Shown: piece after piece, positions 55,601 to 64,000 of the stretch | Numbering within the stretch: position 1 is the first letter of the stretch | How the letters are laid out: each line of letters starts with the position of its first letter | Virus record (IMG/VR): IMGVR_UViG_3300020011_000226 | Span: 1 to 64,000 of that record | Strand: one strand, 5' to 3' | Origin: a virus | Taxonomy: Duplodnaviria > Caudoviricetes | Length of the DNA stretch: 64,000 nucleotides | Translations under genes and position numbers: made by a program | The notes under the pieces: generated by a model | Seen by the model: only the letters and a program-made list of their open reading frames with translations | What the model was told of the DNA's origin: nothing | The model's database searches: none

Positions 55601-57452
55601 CTATCATGTCTTGAATTTCTATATGCCTGTTACCACTCTTGACCAGTTTGAATTTCCACCCTTTTTGCTGCCAGACCTTACCAGCATTCATCTCGATAAA
55701 GTCCTTACCGTAGAAATTACTGATGGCATCAATGAAAATCTGCCTTCTCTTTAGTTCCATTACCTTCTGAATACCATTCACCTGCTGCTCTGCACCTTGA
55801 GTATCTGTATAGGTTTCATCAGTACCAACTAATACATCTCCTAACCTCTTGACAGCTTCACGCAGGTTAGTTACCACCTGATTACCATCTGCATCAGGGA
55901 ATTGTACAACATCATTAGCATTCAAAGTGTCAAGCTTGCTGGAGATAGCCAGATAGAGTTCAGCAATATTCTTGATTGCAGTATTGACAGTTCTCATATT
56001 TCTGGCATTCGTAGAGATGCTGGCATAAGACTGTGCTCTATCAGCAGGCTGAATCTGATCAAGCAGGCTTCTGATGTCAGTATCAAGAATTTGGGTAATA
56101 CCCTCCAAGGCAACCACCATACCCTCTATTGAAGCCCCTTTGGCAAACAAATCCAGTGACATCTGGGAACCATAATTAGCCTGAATGCCTTTAGTCAAGG
56201 TCTTCAGCTTGTTAAGAATATCTCTATTGGTTGGACTTTCTGCCCTTCCTATAGAGGTTCTTAGTCTTGAAATCATGTCCTTCAAGCTACCAACAGTATC
56301 ATAGTAAGCTCCGACATTCCTTCTGACATCATCAGACAGTCTTTTGCTAACACTTCCCCCTACAAAAGTTTCCTGAGTATTTAAGGCCTCTGCTACATCA
56401 GCATCATCAGGATTAGTAATAAATCCTTGAGCGGCCGTAGAAGCAGCTTCTCTTGCCCTCTCTACCATTCTTTGAACCTCATCAGGCTTGTACATGCCAA
56501 AGATTCTCTTTACAAGATTAGACAGCTTTTTCAACAGCCATTTTACTGTCTGGGGAATAGAGTTACCTACAGCAGCACTTTTGGTTTTTTGTGCATCACG
56601 GAAGGGCTGCAACAACTGCCTACCGATCAGAATACCAGCAGCCTCTCTTGCAGATGCCTCAGATACAATAAAGTCATCCCTCATCATGTCAGAGTCTACA
56701 TTGCGGAAAATAGCTGTCTGTACCTCAGGAGTGAGCATGTTTATCAGTCTTTGTACCATAGGGCTATCCTGCATAGCAGCTACTATAAAGTGTCCAGCTG
56801 CCTCTGCTGTCTCCAAGGCACTGCTTTGTCCGTCCAGAATACTTGCTACAGCCATAAGGCCGTCAGTATCAAGATGGGCATTGTGCGTAGAATACCGTAC
56901 TGCATAACTTGGATTATTCAGGAACTCTATAGAAAGTCCTTTGTCTTGTAGTACCAGTCTAAGTGCATCAGTCAGAATCTTGTTTTGCACATGGTCAGCC
57001 AGTTCATACTCTGTGGTTGGATTTCTCTCTACCACCTTAACAGAATACTTACCATCCTCTTCCTGTTTCAGTGTGGCCAGGAAGTCTTGGTTAAACTGAT
57101 TCTGCTTGTTGAATTTCAGCACATTGTCAAGAGCCTCAGAGTAGTCATACTTACCAGCAATCTCCCTGTTCAAGTGCTCCAAAGTTCTTGCATTAGATAA
57201 ATCACTGTATTCCCCATCTCTCTCCAAAGCCTTTTTCAATGAGGCAATAGTAACTTCCCCATCAGCATCAAACTCCAGTATATCACTGTTCTCACGCAGG
57301 AAGTTACTATCCTTAGTGAGAAAATAATGGGTAACAGCAGCACGTCTGTCACCTTTAAAGAACTTAGAGAGTTCATTCCAAAGGGCAGACACTTTAATCT
57401 GCCCCCTGGAATCCCTCACATTACATGTCAATGAACATTTTTCACCTGCCAT
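52662..57452 (-). CDS. Large virion cargo protein downstream of the RNAP gene
   Basis: 1596 aa helical protein with LSTDLF and RLHGIYN..DK motifs; adjacent to virion RNAP as in crassviruses. Confidence 0.7.
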   Translation of the reverse strand: MAGEKCSLTCNVRDSRGQIKVSALWNELSKFFKGDRRAAVTHYFLTKDSNFLRENSDILEFDADGEVTIASLKKALERDGEYSDLSNARTLEHLNREIAGKYDYSEALDNVLKFNKQNQFNQDFLATLKQEEDGKYSVKVVERNPTTEYELADHVQNKILTDALRLVLQDKGLSIEFLNNPSYAVRYSTHNAHLDTDGLMAVASILDGQSSALETAEAAGHFIVAAMQDSPMVQRLINMLTPEVQTAIFRNVDSDMMRDDFIVSEASAREAAGILIGRQLLQPFRDAQKTKSAAVGNSIPQTVKWLLKKLSNLVKRIFGMYKPDEVQRMVERAREAASTAAQGFITNPDDADVAEALNTQETFVGGSVSKRLSDDVRRNVGAYYDTVGSLKDMISRLRTSIGRAESPTNRDILNKLKTLTKGIQANYGSQMSLDLFAKGASIEGMVVALEGITQILDTDIRSLLDQIQPADRAQSYASISTNARNMRTVNTAIKNIAELYLAISSKLDTLNANDVVQFPDADGNQVVTNLREAVKRLGDVLVGTDETYTDTQGAEQQVNGIQKVMELKRRQIFIDAISNFYGKDFIEMNAGKVWQQKGWKFKLVKSGNRHIEIQDMIDSMDEDISWLDRYLSSAADCGDFVTAVGNKVTKNANMQADRIASRFWDQVEALRLQMQEAFGSTDCTMLFEETVDTEGHRTKTGNLVSRVNYGEWEKARHEFAQQLKRDFNEYLAELKRKAYEANKGVLGYTFSLTDQQRAIFYHNFVDPQWQRWHEENSEEDKSALGKKRMVPNHVKYHNSQWDALFDTTNPSLTAQEVAERTKRLKWYNAFMELKDEMDSLLPQNATVRWRAPQMTGRFSHRFRNLRAQMGNSLPAFGHAMRRKAQDFWAVRPDEAYLFGSNNEFNEITEDPLENPMFFEREKVNRLPLYGINKLKNMEDLSTDLFGTMLSYGSMAATYKAMEQVVDIFELGRDVLKQRKVGNKIEANREEESRAYSRYVKFLEKQIYGINVDPPSWDRKGMWRKLANNLSSIGGRILLYGNLHGGIVNTGTGMFEIFKEAVAGENFSMADVNVAHQMYFDGLMKTMGLSLANVQRPDDKNSLWIRHWNILSENRSFLHDQKYDTKAMSVLDNRLWSWFSHTMMLPYSSGDHYMQTIPYYAMGNKMRVYDHEGNSMKLIDAYEIVDGDEVFAIDNASGDMLGRTPKKLKLKDGIFRNAADIDKYDTVQGMLERVERFYLNNPGARGSNPVALNMFSDAERECLADEGFAVPTTVKQLETLKSALQLKSGEYVFNADDESEFMDKCRNICNRLHGIYNSEDKVTFQQNFYGSLVTSMRGYALGMINRRYAGSKFNVPQGKVVEGNYDTAFKVLMSAFYDINNMDNWKAVGEAFMLAAIPPMLFNKNYGEKLKADMLKAGFSENQYYNMRRTGADFLIIQALMLMKFLSAPGRHFGLGDKDEDGDAGNDTSGNLLAGIIYYFTNRWDREQEAFNTPRGMWNEASSLLDYVPVGLSGAKAIWDIAKLFVDTQIDAIGGNPDLSNADLYYQQSKEGKYEEGDPKWKVQFMRLCPYLRSWYTFTHPYDAASGFEYGRRIRGK

Positions 57453-57480
57453 ATTGTTATCCTCTTAATCATTTTATACC

Positions 57481-60400
57481 TTAACATACATCTACTACCT
57501 CGCCTTTATCATCCAATGTCTGCATTCTTTCTCCTCTACCAATTCTTTTTGCAAGATCATTGAGAATATCTACATTTTGACTATCAGAAGTGTCTTGCAT
57601 CAGGGATTTAAAGTCCTGAGCACTAAAGCCCTGCATATCATCCCGTGCAAAAACTTTCTCATTATCTTTTCGGAATTGCTTAAACATTCTTTCCCATTCT
57701 GTGTCAGTAAACATCTGAGATACATCAGTACCTATCTCAATATGGGCTCCTTCAGGAGTGGCAGGGGCTTCGCCCTCAACAGCTTCATTGTTGGCAATGG
57801 AGTTATCAGTTACAGTTTCTTCTACTGAACGGAAGTTATTAAGACTGCCAGACCTCTGATAAGCTTCAAAGGCTGCATTACCAAAGTACTGGATATGCTG
57901 GCCCTTGATACCTTGTGCATGTACCAGTTTATAGGTCATAGTACCATCAGCAGAAGAAGTGACATTGAACCTGTCACCCCTTGAGTTAGCCATGTAGTAG
58001 ACAGTGCTTCCATCCCTTTCCAATGCAATTACAGGTCTGAACGCATTTTCACCCTTTGCCAAGGTGTCATCATAGATGGTAAAGAGGCTTGCCACATCTT
58101 TGCCTACAGACTTAAGGGAAATGGAGAATTCATTGTTCCAGTACTTTCCCTGCTCATTATAAGCCAGATTATTGACAGTGCTTCTTGCATTACCTTTGGG
58201 AGTAAATACAAATTTCTTATTATCCAGATGATTCAGAATATACTGCTTGGCAAAGCTTATCAGGTCATTGCTATCCATGCTAACATTGCCATCAATCACA
58301 TCGTTGATGAAATCTATATAACCTTCTTCAGTAGAGTTGTTATTAACTCTAAGACCAAGCTTCAATAAAGTAGGAGCAAGACTCATGGAAGATGTAGGAT
58401 GGAAATTATAGCCAAGCTTATAGAAATTGTAGAAATACAAATCTTCAGCCAGCTGTTTGACAGGAATATCAACCTGAAGGAAGTTACTATGAACTATCTC
58501 ATCAGAATTATAAGCCTGCGCCCATGCTTCAGTAATTAGGTTGGATGTCCTTGTTTGAAGGCCTCCCATACCTTGTACTGAAATCTGTAGAGGATTAGTC
58601 TCTGCATCAGCATCTGCATCTCCTGTGATAGTCAGTGCATCAAAGAAAGGTATGTGCGAAAGTACCCCCTCTGCCTTGAGAGCATGGAGTAGCATAGGAT
58701 AGTGTTGGGTATAATACTGGCGGTTAGTGATATTACCAGTCGGATCTACAAATAGATTGGCAGTCTCACCATCAAATGAACTTCCCCGTTGTTTTGATAA
58801 CAAATAAAGAATGAACTCCCTATGTAGAGAATTGACTGTATCAGCATCCAAGCCACCATACTTAGTCAGCCTACGCATAATATTTCTCATGTTGCTGTAC
58901 AACTGGGTATAGTAGGGGAAATGCTTCTTAAAGAGGCTCCTTGTGGTCTTTCTTGACAAGTCCATCATACATTGCTCAAAAGCCAGAGGATTCCTTGACA
59001 TCTGAGACATATATTCCTCAGGAGTCAAGTCTAATAGCTCCTCGTCAATATTAAGAATGCCTTGATTATTCTCAGATACTGCCTCTTCTCCTGCATGAAG
59101 AACTCTGTTGCTTCTTGCTTCAGAAGGGTCAAAGAGCTGAAAGGCAAGTCTTCTTGGATCTACAGGCCCTGTAGGCTCTTTCATGTATTTCTCAATAAAA
59201 GTCCTTACTCTCTCTTCTTGTGCCAGCTGTTCTCCCCATGTAGAGCCTACAGAATTGGCAGCAGTAAATCTGGTACACTGCACAAAGCTGTTCACATCAG
59301 CAGTATCTGCCATCAACTCATTGAAAAGCCACAACACCTGAAGCTGTCCTTGCTTAAACTCTTGAGGCATATTACTCTTATCGATGGTTCTGTCAGTAAG
59401 GATGTTATCTGCCAGCTTATCAGAGGTGGCATTGATAGCATCATACTTAATGTTCTCCAACTGCATTCTGCTGCCTCCATACCTTTTCAGCATTTCAGCT
59501 ATGGCCACATCGGTAGAAACACTCTCATTGGCTATATAGTTACACAGTTCCTTGATGATAGGCTGATTGAACAGTAGGCCAATCTCTTGGGGAGTATATC
59601 CTATTCTTGCCAACAGTGCTCCTGCATCAGCAGTTGTCAAGTTGAGGTTTAGGAAGTTCAGCACAGGGTCTTTCACAGCATCTACAGAAGCAGCCAAGTA
59701 TTCAGCTACATTAGTATCTACATCTATACCCTCAGGAGCATGAAGCATATCAAACAAGCCTCTTGCACTATGGTTACCAAACTTAATAGGATCTCTCAAT
59801 GATAACTCATGGAGAGTAGAAGCATACACGTGGTTGGTGTTTTGGTTGGCAAAGATACCAATCAACTTACCTGCCACCTGATTCTGCTGATTATACACCA
59901 AGATGGCAGTTGGGTCAGAGACATCATACTCAGGCTCAGGGTCTTTCCTTTCACCTCTGTTAATGCTCTCCACATAACTGTCTACCTTTGACCAGTCAAT
60001 CTTACCATTGGTAGTGATGTCTTCTTTGTCAGCAAACTGAAGGACTCTCATTCTCAAGGCTGCATCCCTGTTAGATTCAAATCCACCAGGAGTATAGCGA
60101 GCTTTCAAGGTTTCCTTATCCATCAATCTTTGTCTGATAAGGTCTATCAGCATATTGTTTCTGGCTACACGGGAGTTACCTTTAGTAACCACCTCACCAT
60201 TTTTCCCTATCACAGGGTTCAGTGGTGAAGCCTCTGGGTTATAGGTGTCAAATACAGGATACTTATCTCTATGGTCTTCCAGATATTTGGTAAATGCCTC
60301 TTCTGGAGTTCCTTCAAGACCTGCTGATTCCCAGTAATAGTACAACCTGTCCTTATGCTTGGTCTGCTTATTCAGCTCACCCAGTCCAGAGAAGTCATCC

Positions 60401-63400
60401 TTGAATCCTGTTGCCAAGACATCCATTAGCTTTAAACCTAACTGATCATTGTCTCTTGCCTCGCGCAAAGCCTCTTTCCATTGTGGATGCATCTCATAGA
60501 TACTATTCCAGATATTCTCAATATCCTTGTCTGACAAATGAGTCTGAGCAAACTCCCTCATGAAGAAGTAGAGCTTATCAATATCAAAGTCAAAGCCAGC
60601 AGTGGTAGTTCTGGAAGAAGGAACCTTCAGAGTACCGCCAGCCAGAGGATTAGAGAACCTGAATACCTTGGCGTTTACCATAGAGTAGTCACGCTCTGTG
60701 GGAATACGGTAGGCTATAATATCAAGAATACCTTTGTACTTAGTCTCAATCAGAGGTACATAGTAGCCTTGCTCAGGGTCAATAGCTCTACCATACTTGT
60801 CTCTACCACTTACAGGCCAAGACAGATACTCTTTTGCGTCATCACCATATACTATTTGGTCAGACATCTTCAGTGTACCATCTGGATTACACCAGTCCTC
60901 AAATCTTAAACCTACATTCTTGCCAGTAGCAGAAGTATAGCTTAGATTCCAAGGCATCTCTATCTCGTCATAGAGTACATTGTCACCTTCAGGACTGACT
61001 ACCTCAAACAAATCACCTGACTCCTCATAACCAGAAAGACCTAAGGCAGAAGCCTGAACAGCAGAACCACCCTTAATCTTCTGCTTGTTGACACCCTTCT
61101 TGAAGAGTGAAAATAGTAGAGCTGTAGCATCATGTTCAAGACCAGGTTCACCAAGAGGCACTACAAACTGTCCCTTGTTTTCACCATCCTCAATGATAGA
61201 GAATCCAAAAGCATTATCCTCAGACTGATTGGCATTAGATACAATGTTCTGAATCATCTTATCAGAGAGTTTCTGATTAGTAGCAGTCTCAGTAGCAAAC
61301 CTATTGTAACTGTCAAACAGGTTACCCATCACCAGACAGTTATAGAGGCTCACCAAGTTCCTACCACTAAGATGCACCTTACCCATACCAGGCAGATAGA
61401 CTGTAGGGCCTAGAGCATCCTCAGACTTACCCAATATATTAGAAAGGTAGTCATAGTTGTGACTCTTATTGATACCAGCAAGAATCAGTTTTCTTATCTG
61501 AGTACCAAACAGCTGTGCATGGTTTAGATGTTCAGGAACACCAGACTGAATCCTATAGTCACTCCAAGGCAGATTATGCACATAAGCCTTATCAAGAGCT
61601 GCATTGATAGTTTCAGTGGTGTTAGCTCCTTTTAAGTCAGAAGAACCAAAAGCACCCACCTTGACACACTTGGTAGAAGCTACAAGGTCAATATCATTGT
61701 TCTCCATCCAAACAGCCATATCCTTCAGCTTGCCTTCCATCATCAATTCAGGAATCAGGACAACTTCTGCATATTTGTGCTGTACAGGAATTAAAGCCAT
61801 ATCACCCTCATCATTAATCTTCAGCTTCTCAAGACTATAAAGATAAGGTTTAATAGGTTGAAAGATGACTGCCAACTGAGCAATCTCTTGAATGTCTGCT
61901 TCAGTAAGAGGCTGTCCATTATTCCTAATGTTCATGATTCTCTTGTAAGCCTCTTCCATAGGTCTTGTCCATTCGCCAGCCATACCTTTTACAGCACGGT
62001 AGGAAGAAAGAGATCTATAGCCCTGACCATCAGTGAGAGTATTCTCTTTGTAGGCTTTTACCACAGGGCTATTATCTCCAAAAGTCTTTTGGAGTAACTG
62101 GAAGAAGAGAGGATTGACATCCTCTGAACTGACTGCAATATCATCAAAGTAAACAACCTTCTCATAGCTTCTATTACTGTAGAGATTTCCATCAAAATCT
62201 CTTGCTTCAGCACTCACACCTTTACCAGGAGCATAGATTTCCTTGTATCTCTTCTGCAAGTCCTTAACAGGATACCTATGGTCATAGAAGGCAGGGTCAA
62301 CAGTAAACAACTGAAGTTGCTGAATAGTAGCATACTTGGTATTCCAGAAGAAATCATCAACCAGACTGTCAATACTGTTATTGAACCACTTGACATTCTG
62401 ACCAAAGTAGCCCTTGGGGTCAGTATAAGTAATAACTCCACCTTCCCCCTTAACCCTCTCTATGACTCCTGCATTAGCCAACTTCTCCATAAAGTCAGCT
62501 TTAGAATCATCCATATAGGTCTGAATAGCATCAGTCAAAGCATCAGTTCCAAGAGCATCCCTGGCAGCATCAATAGCTTCCTCACGGGACATAACCTTCA
62601 TCTCAGCATCAGTCATCTGCTGGTTGCCAGTCAAAATTTTCCAATACTTACCATCGACAAAGTTAGGATTAAGGAACTTCATCATAGTGAATTCATCGGC
62701 AGTTTGAGAGAAGTTGTCAATAGTCTTAAAGCCGCCTTTCTCCAATACCTCATTGGTAGCCTTGACATACTTCATTCTCTCGATCTCCTGACGGAATACA
62801 TCCTTCATACCTTCCATAATCTCAGCCTTAGAATATCTCTTGGCAGTAAAGAACATCTGAGCACCTGAGTCACCTAAGATAAAGCAAGGATACTTAGCCA
62901 GCCTGCTCTTACCATGACTTTGGTCAAGCAGCTGAACAAACTGCTTCATCATTGCTTCTGCATGCTGCTTCTCAGTGAAATTCTCAAAGATAGCCACCTG
63001 CTTATCTATGTTAGAGCCAAGGAACTCATCAAACTCAAAGACCTTAGCCAAAGCATCGAAATCAATGATAACATTGCCCTTGCTATCAGTTCTGATAGAA
63101 TCATACATCTCCTGAAGCCACTTATTAAGAAACCTTCCTTCAGCCTTATCATAGAAGAAAGAGGACTGTCCCCACTTATCCATGATGAATGACTTCAGTC
63201 CCTCAGCATCCCCCTCATTGACAAACTCATGGATTTTATCTACCATATCACCCATATAAGAGGGAGTCCTGTCTGAGTATCTGGAGTTAGCCTTACCCTT
63301 TCTGTCAAACCAAGAGACCCTGCGTTCTGTCTTTAATCTGCTGTCTACACTGGCTAAAGCATCCAGCATTTTGATAATGCGGTCATTACCAGCACCTCTG

Positions 63401-64000
63401 GATTTATCTTGATTCTTACCATACTTTTTAGCACGGAAATTTTCATAGCTAACATCTTTGCTTCTTAAAGACTCAAGAGCATTATCATATTCCTCTCTGG
63501 CTTCTACTGTAAAACCAGCATTGACAGAGGGCCTGATGCCCTGATATTTTTCAATAACTTCCAAAGCATTTCTAATATCTCCTTTATATGCATTTCTTGT
63601 TTCAGTCCTAAACTCCTGTAAAGCTGTCAGGTAAGCTTTCCTCAAGCTGGCATTATTGTAGATCCTGCGAGCAGCCTTGTCAGTCATAGGAATGCCTAAG
63701 GCTCTGGCAGACCTCTTCATGAAGTCTATACGCTGAGGAAAAGACACTTGATAAAAACCTGCAAATTGCTGGTTATTGAACAAGTTGTTTCTGTTCTCTT
63801 CATTAGGAACAGTTAACAGACCCTTATTTTCAACATTCCATTGAGCCAGTTTCTCCCAATCGACTTTTCCTTGCTCATCATAGATAGAACTACTTCTATC
63901 AAGAGCCTGATGCAGCTGCATCCTCAATACAAACTCATCATGCAAAGGGTTGGCCTGTCTATTGAGTATCTTAGCATATATATTACCTGCCTTAGTCTTA
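57481..64000 (-). CDS. Virion-packaged single-chain DNA-dependent RNA polymerase (5' end beyond the window)
   Basis: TDGQGY, YRIPT, GFDFDIDKL (DFDID at about 60577-60591) and SVDAVKDP motifs; frame stays open to the window edge. Confidence 0.9.
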   Translation of the reverse strand, partial: KTKAGNIYAKILNRQANPLHDEFVLRMQLHQALDRSSSIYDEQGKVDWEKLAQWNVENKGLLTVPNEENRNNLFNNQQFAGFYQVSFPQRIDFMKRSARALGIPMTDKAARRIYNNASLRKAYLTALQEFRTETRNAYKGDIRNALEVIEKYQGIRPSVNAGFTVEAREEYDNALESLRSKDVSYENFRAKKYGKNQDKSRGAGNDRIIKMLDALASVDSRLKTERRVSWFDRKGKANSRYSDRTPSYMGDMVDKIHEFVNEGDAEGLKSFIMDKWGQSSFFYDKAEGRFLNKWLQEMYDSIRTDSKGNVIIDFDALAKVFEFDEFLGSNIDKQVAIFENFTEKQHAEAMMKQFVQLLDQSHGKSRLAKYPCFILGDSGAQMFFTAKRYSKAEIMEGMKDVFRQEIERMKYVKATNEVLEKGGFKTIDNFSQTADEFTMMKFLNPNFVDGKYWKILTGNQQMTDAEMKVMSREEAIDAARDALGTDALTDAIQTYMDDSKADFMEKLANAGVIERVKGEGGVITYTDPKGYFGQNVKWFNNSIDSLVDDFFWNTKYATIQQLQLFTVDPAFYDHRYPVKDLQKRYKEIYAPGKGVSAEARDFDGNLYSNRSYEKVVYFDDIAVSSEDVNPLFFQLLQKTFGDNSPVVKAYKENTLTDGQGYRSLSSYRAVKGMAGEWTRPMEEAYKRIMNIRNNGQPLTEADIQEIAQLAVIFQPIKPYLYSLEKLKINDEGDMALIPVQHKYAEVVLIPELMMEGKLKDMAVWMENNDIDLVASTKCVKVGAFGSSDLKGANTTETINAALDKAYVHNLPWSDYRIQSGVPEHLNHAQLFGTQIRKLILAGINKSHNYDYLSNILGKSEDALGPTVYLPGMGKVHLSGRNLVSLYNCLVMGNLFDSYNRFATETATNQKLSDKMIQNIVSNANQSEDNAFGFSIIEDGENKGQFVVPLGEPGLEHDATALLFSLFKKGVNKQKIKGGSAVQASALGLSGYEESGDLFEVVSPEGDNVLYDEIEMPWNLSYTSATGKNVGLRFEDWCNPDGTLKMSDQIVYGDDAKEYLSWPVSGRDKYGRAIDPEQGYYVPLIETKYKGILDIIAYRIPTERDYSMVNAKVFRFSNPLAGGTLKVPSSRTTTAGFDFDIDKLYFFMREFAQTHLSDKDIENIWNSIYEMHPQWKEALREARDNDQLGLKLMDVLATGFKDDFSGLGELNKQTKHKDRLYYYWESAGLEGTPEEAFTKYLEDHRDKYPVFDTYNPEASPLNPVIGKNGEVVTKGNSRVARNNMLIDLIRQRLMDKETLKARYTPGGFESNRDAALRMRVLQFADKEDITTNGKIDWSKVDSYVESINRGERKDPEPEYDVSDPTAILVYNQQNQVAGKLIGIFANQNTNHVYASTLHELSLRDPIKFGNHSARGLFDMLHAPEGIDVDTNVAEYLAASVDAVKDPVLNFLNLNLTTADAGALLARIGYTPQEIGLLFNQPIIKELCNYIANESVSTDVAIAEMLKRYGGSRMQLENIKYDAINATSDKLADNILTDRTIDKSNMPQEFKQGQLQVLWLFNELMADTADVNSFVQCTRFTAANSVGSTWGEQLAQEERVRTFIEKYMKEPTGPVDPRRLAFQLFDPSEARSNRVLHAGEEAVSENNQGILNIDEELLDLTPEEYMSQMSRNPLAFEQCMMDLSRKTTRSLFKKHFPYYTQLYSNMRNIMRRLTKYGGLDADTVNSLHREFILYLLSKQRGSSFDGETANLFVDPTGNITNRQYYTQHYPMLLHALKAEGVLSHIPFFDALTITGDADADAETNPLQISVQGMGGLQTRTSNLITEAWAQAYNSDEIVHSNFLQVDIPVKQLAEDLYFYNFYKLGYNFHPTSSMSLAPTLLKLGLRVNNNSTEEGYIDFINDVIDGNVSMDSNDLISFAKQYILNHLDNKKFVFTPKGNARSTVNNLAYNEQGKYWNNEFSISLKSVGKDVASLFTIYDDTLAKGENAFRPVIALERDGSTVYYMANSRGDRFNVTSSADGTMTYKLVHAQGIKGQHIQYFGNAAFEAYQRSGSLNNFRSVEETVTDNSIANNEAVEGEAPATPEGAHIEIGTDVSQMFTDTEWERMFKQFRKDNEKVFARDDMQGFSAQDFKSLMQDTSDSQNVDILNDLAKRIGRGERMQTLDDKGEVVDVC

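Larger units (their letters stand above)
449..64000. mobile_element. Integrated crAss-like (Crassvirales) prophage; continues past the window end
   Basis: Crassvirales-type virion gene set and order (TerL, MCP, rings, muzzle, cargo proteins, DFDID virion RNAP) directly abutting a host gene and a tRNA 3' fragment. Confidence 0.8.

Noticed and set aside
52869-63192. Many plus-strand ORFs opposite the 1596 aa and RNAP genes, and minus-strand ORFs opposite the structural genes
   Set aside because: Antisense shadows of long genes with no motifs or leaders
933-64000. Stop-codon reassignment as in some crAss-like phages
   Set aside because: Giant ORFs are intact in the standard code, and TAG and TGA occur at sensible gene ends
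1-64000. CRISPR array, IS element or integrase gene
   Set aside because: No repeat-spacer pattern, transposase or recombinase motif seen; an integrase, if present, is outside the window

Overview
The window starts with about 440 bp of GC-rich Bacteroidales (Prevotella-like) chromosome: a lipoprotein gene and a terminator. Next comes a displaced tRNA-Ser-like 3' fragment (449-472), the likely att junction, and then about 63.5 kb of lower-GC phage DNA that runs off the right edge. The phage looks crAss-like (Crassvirales). It has a large terminase, scaffold-like gene, major capsid protein, ring, hub and muzzle tail genes, glycine-zipper cargo proteins and a giant virion RNA polymerase with the DFDID motif. 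It appears to be integrated as a prophage, which is atypical for this order. Notable features: (i) a diversity-generating retroelement (target with VR, avd, TR) whose RT is cut after about 57 codons by an in-frame deletion; (ii) no DNA polymerase, primase or helicase module in the window, but a small Rep-like/RNase H/P63C cassette controlled by back-to-back promoters, each with a long attenuator-like RNA leader; (iii) a primase-polymerase-like domain fused to membrane helices; (iv) a recurring xxxGG motif that seems to delimit modules in putative virion cargo proteins; (v) no portal gene in the window, a split and convergent cargo/RNAP gene arrangement, and an internally deleted GIY-YIG endonuclease. 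All protein calls come from motifs and synteny read by eye. No database search was run.
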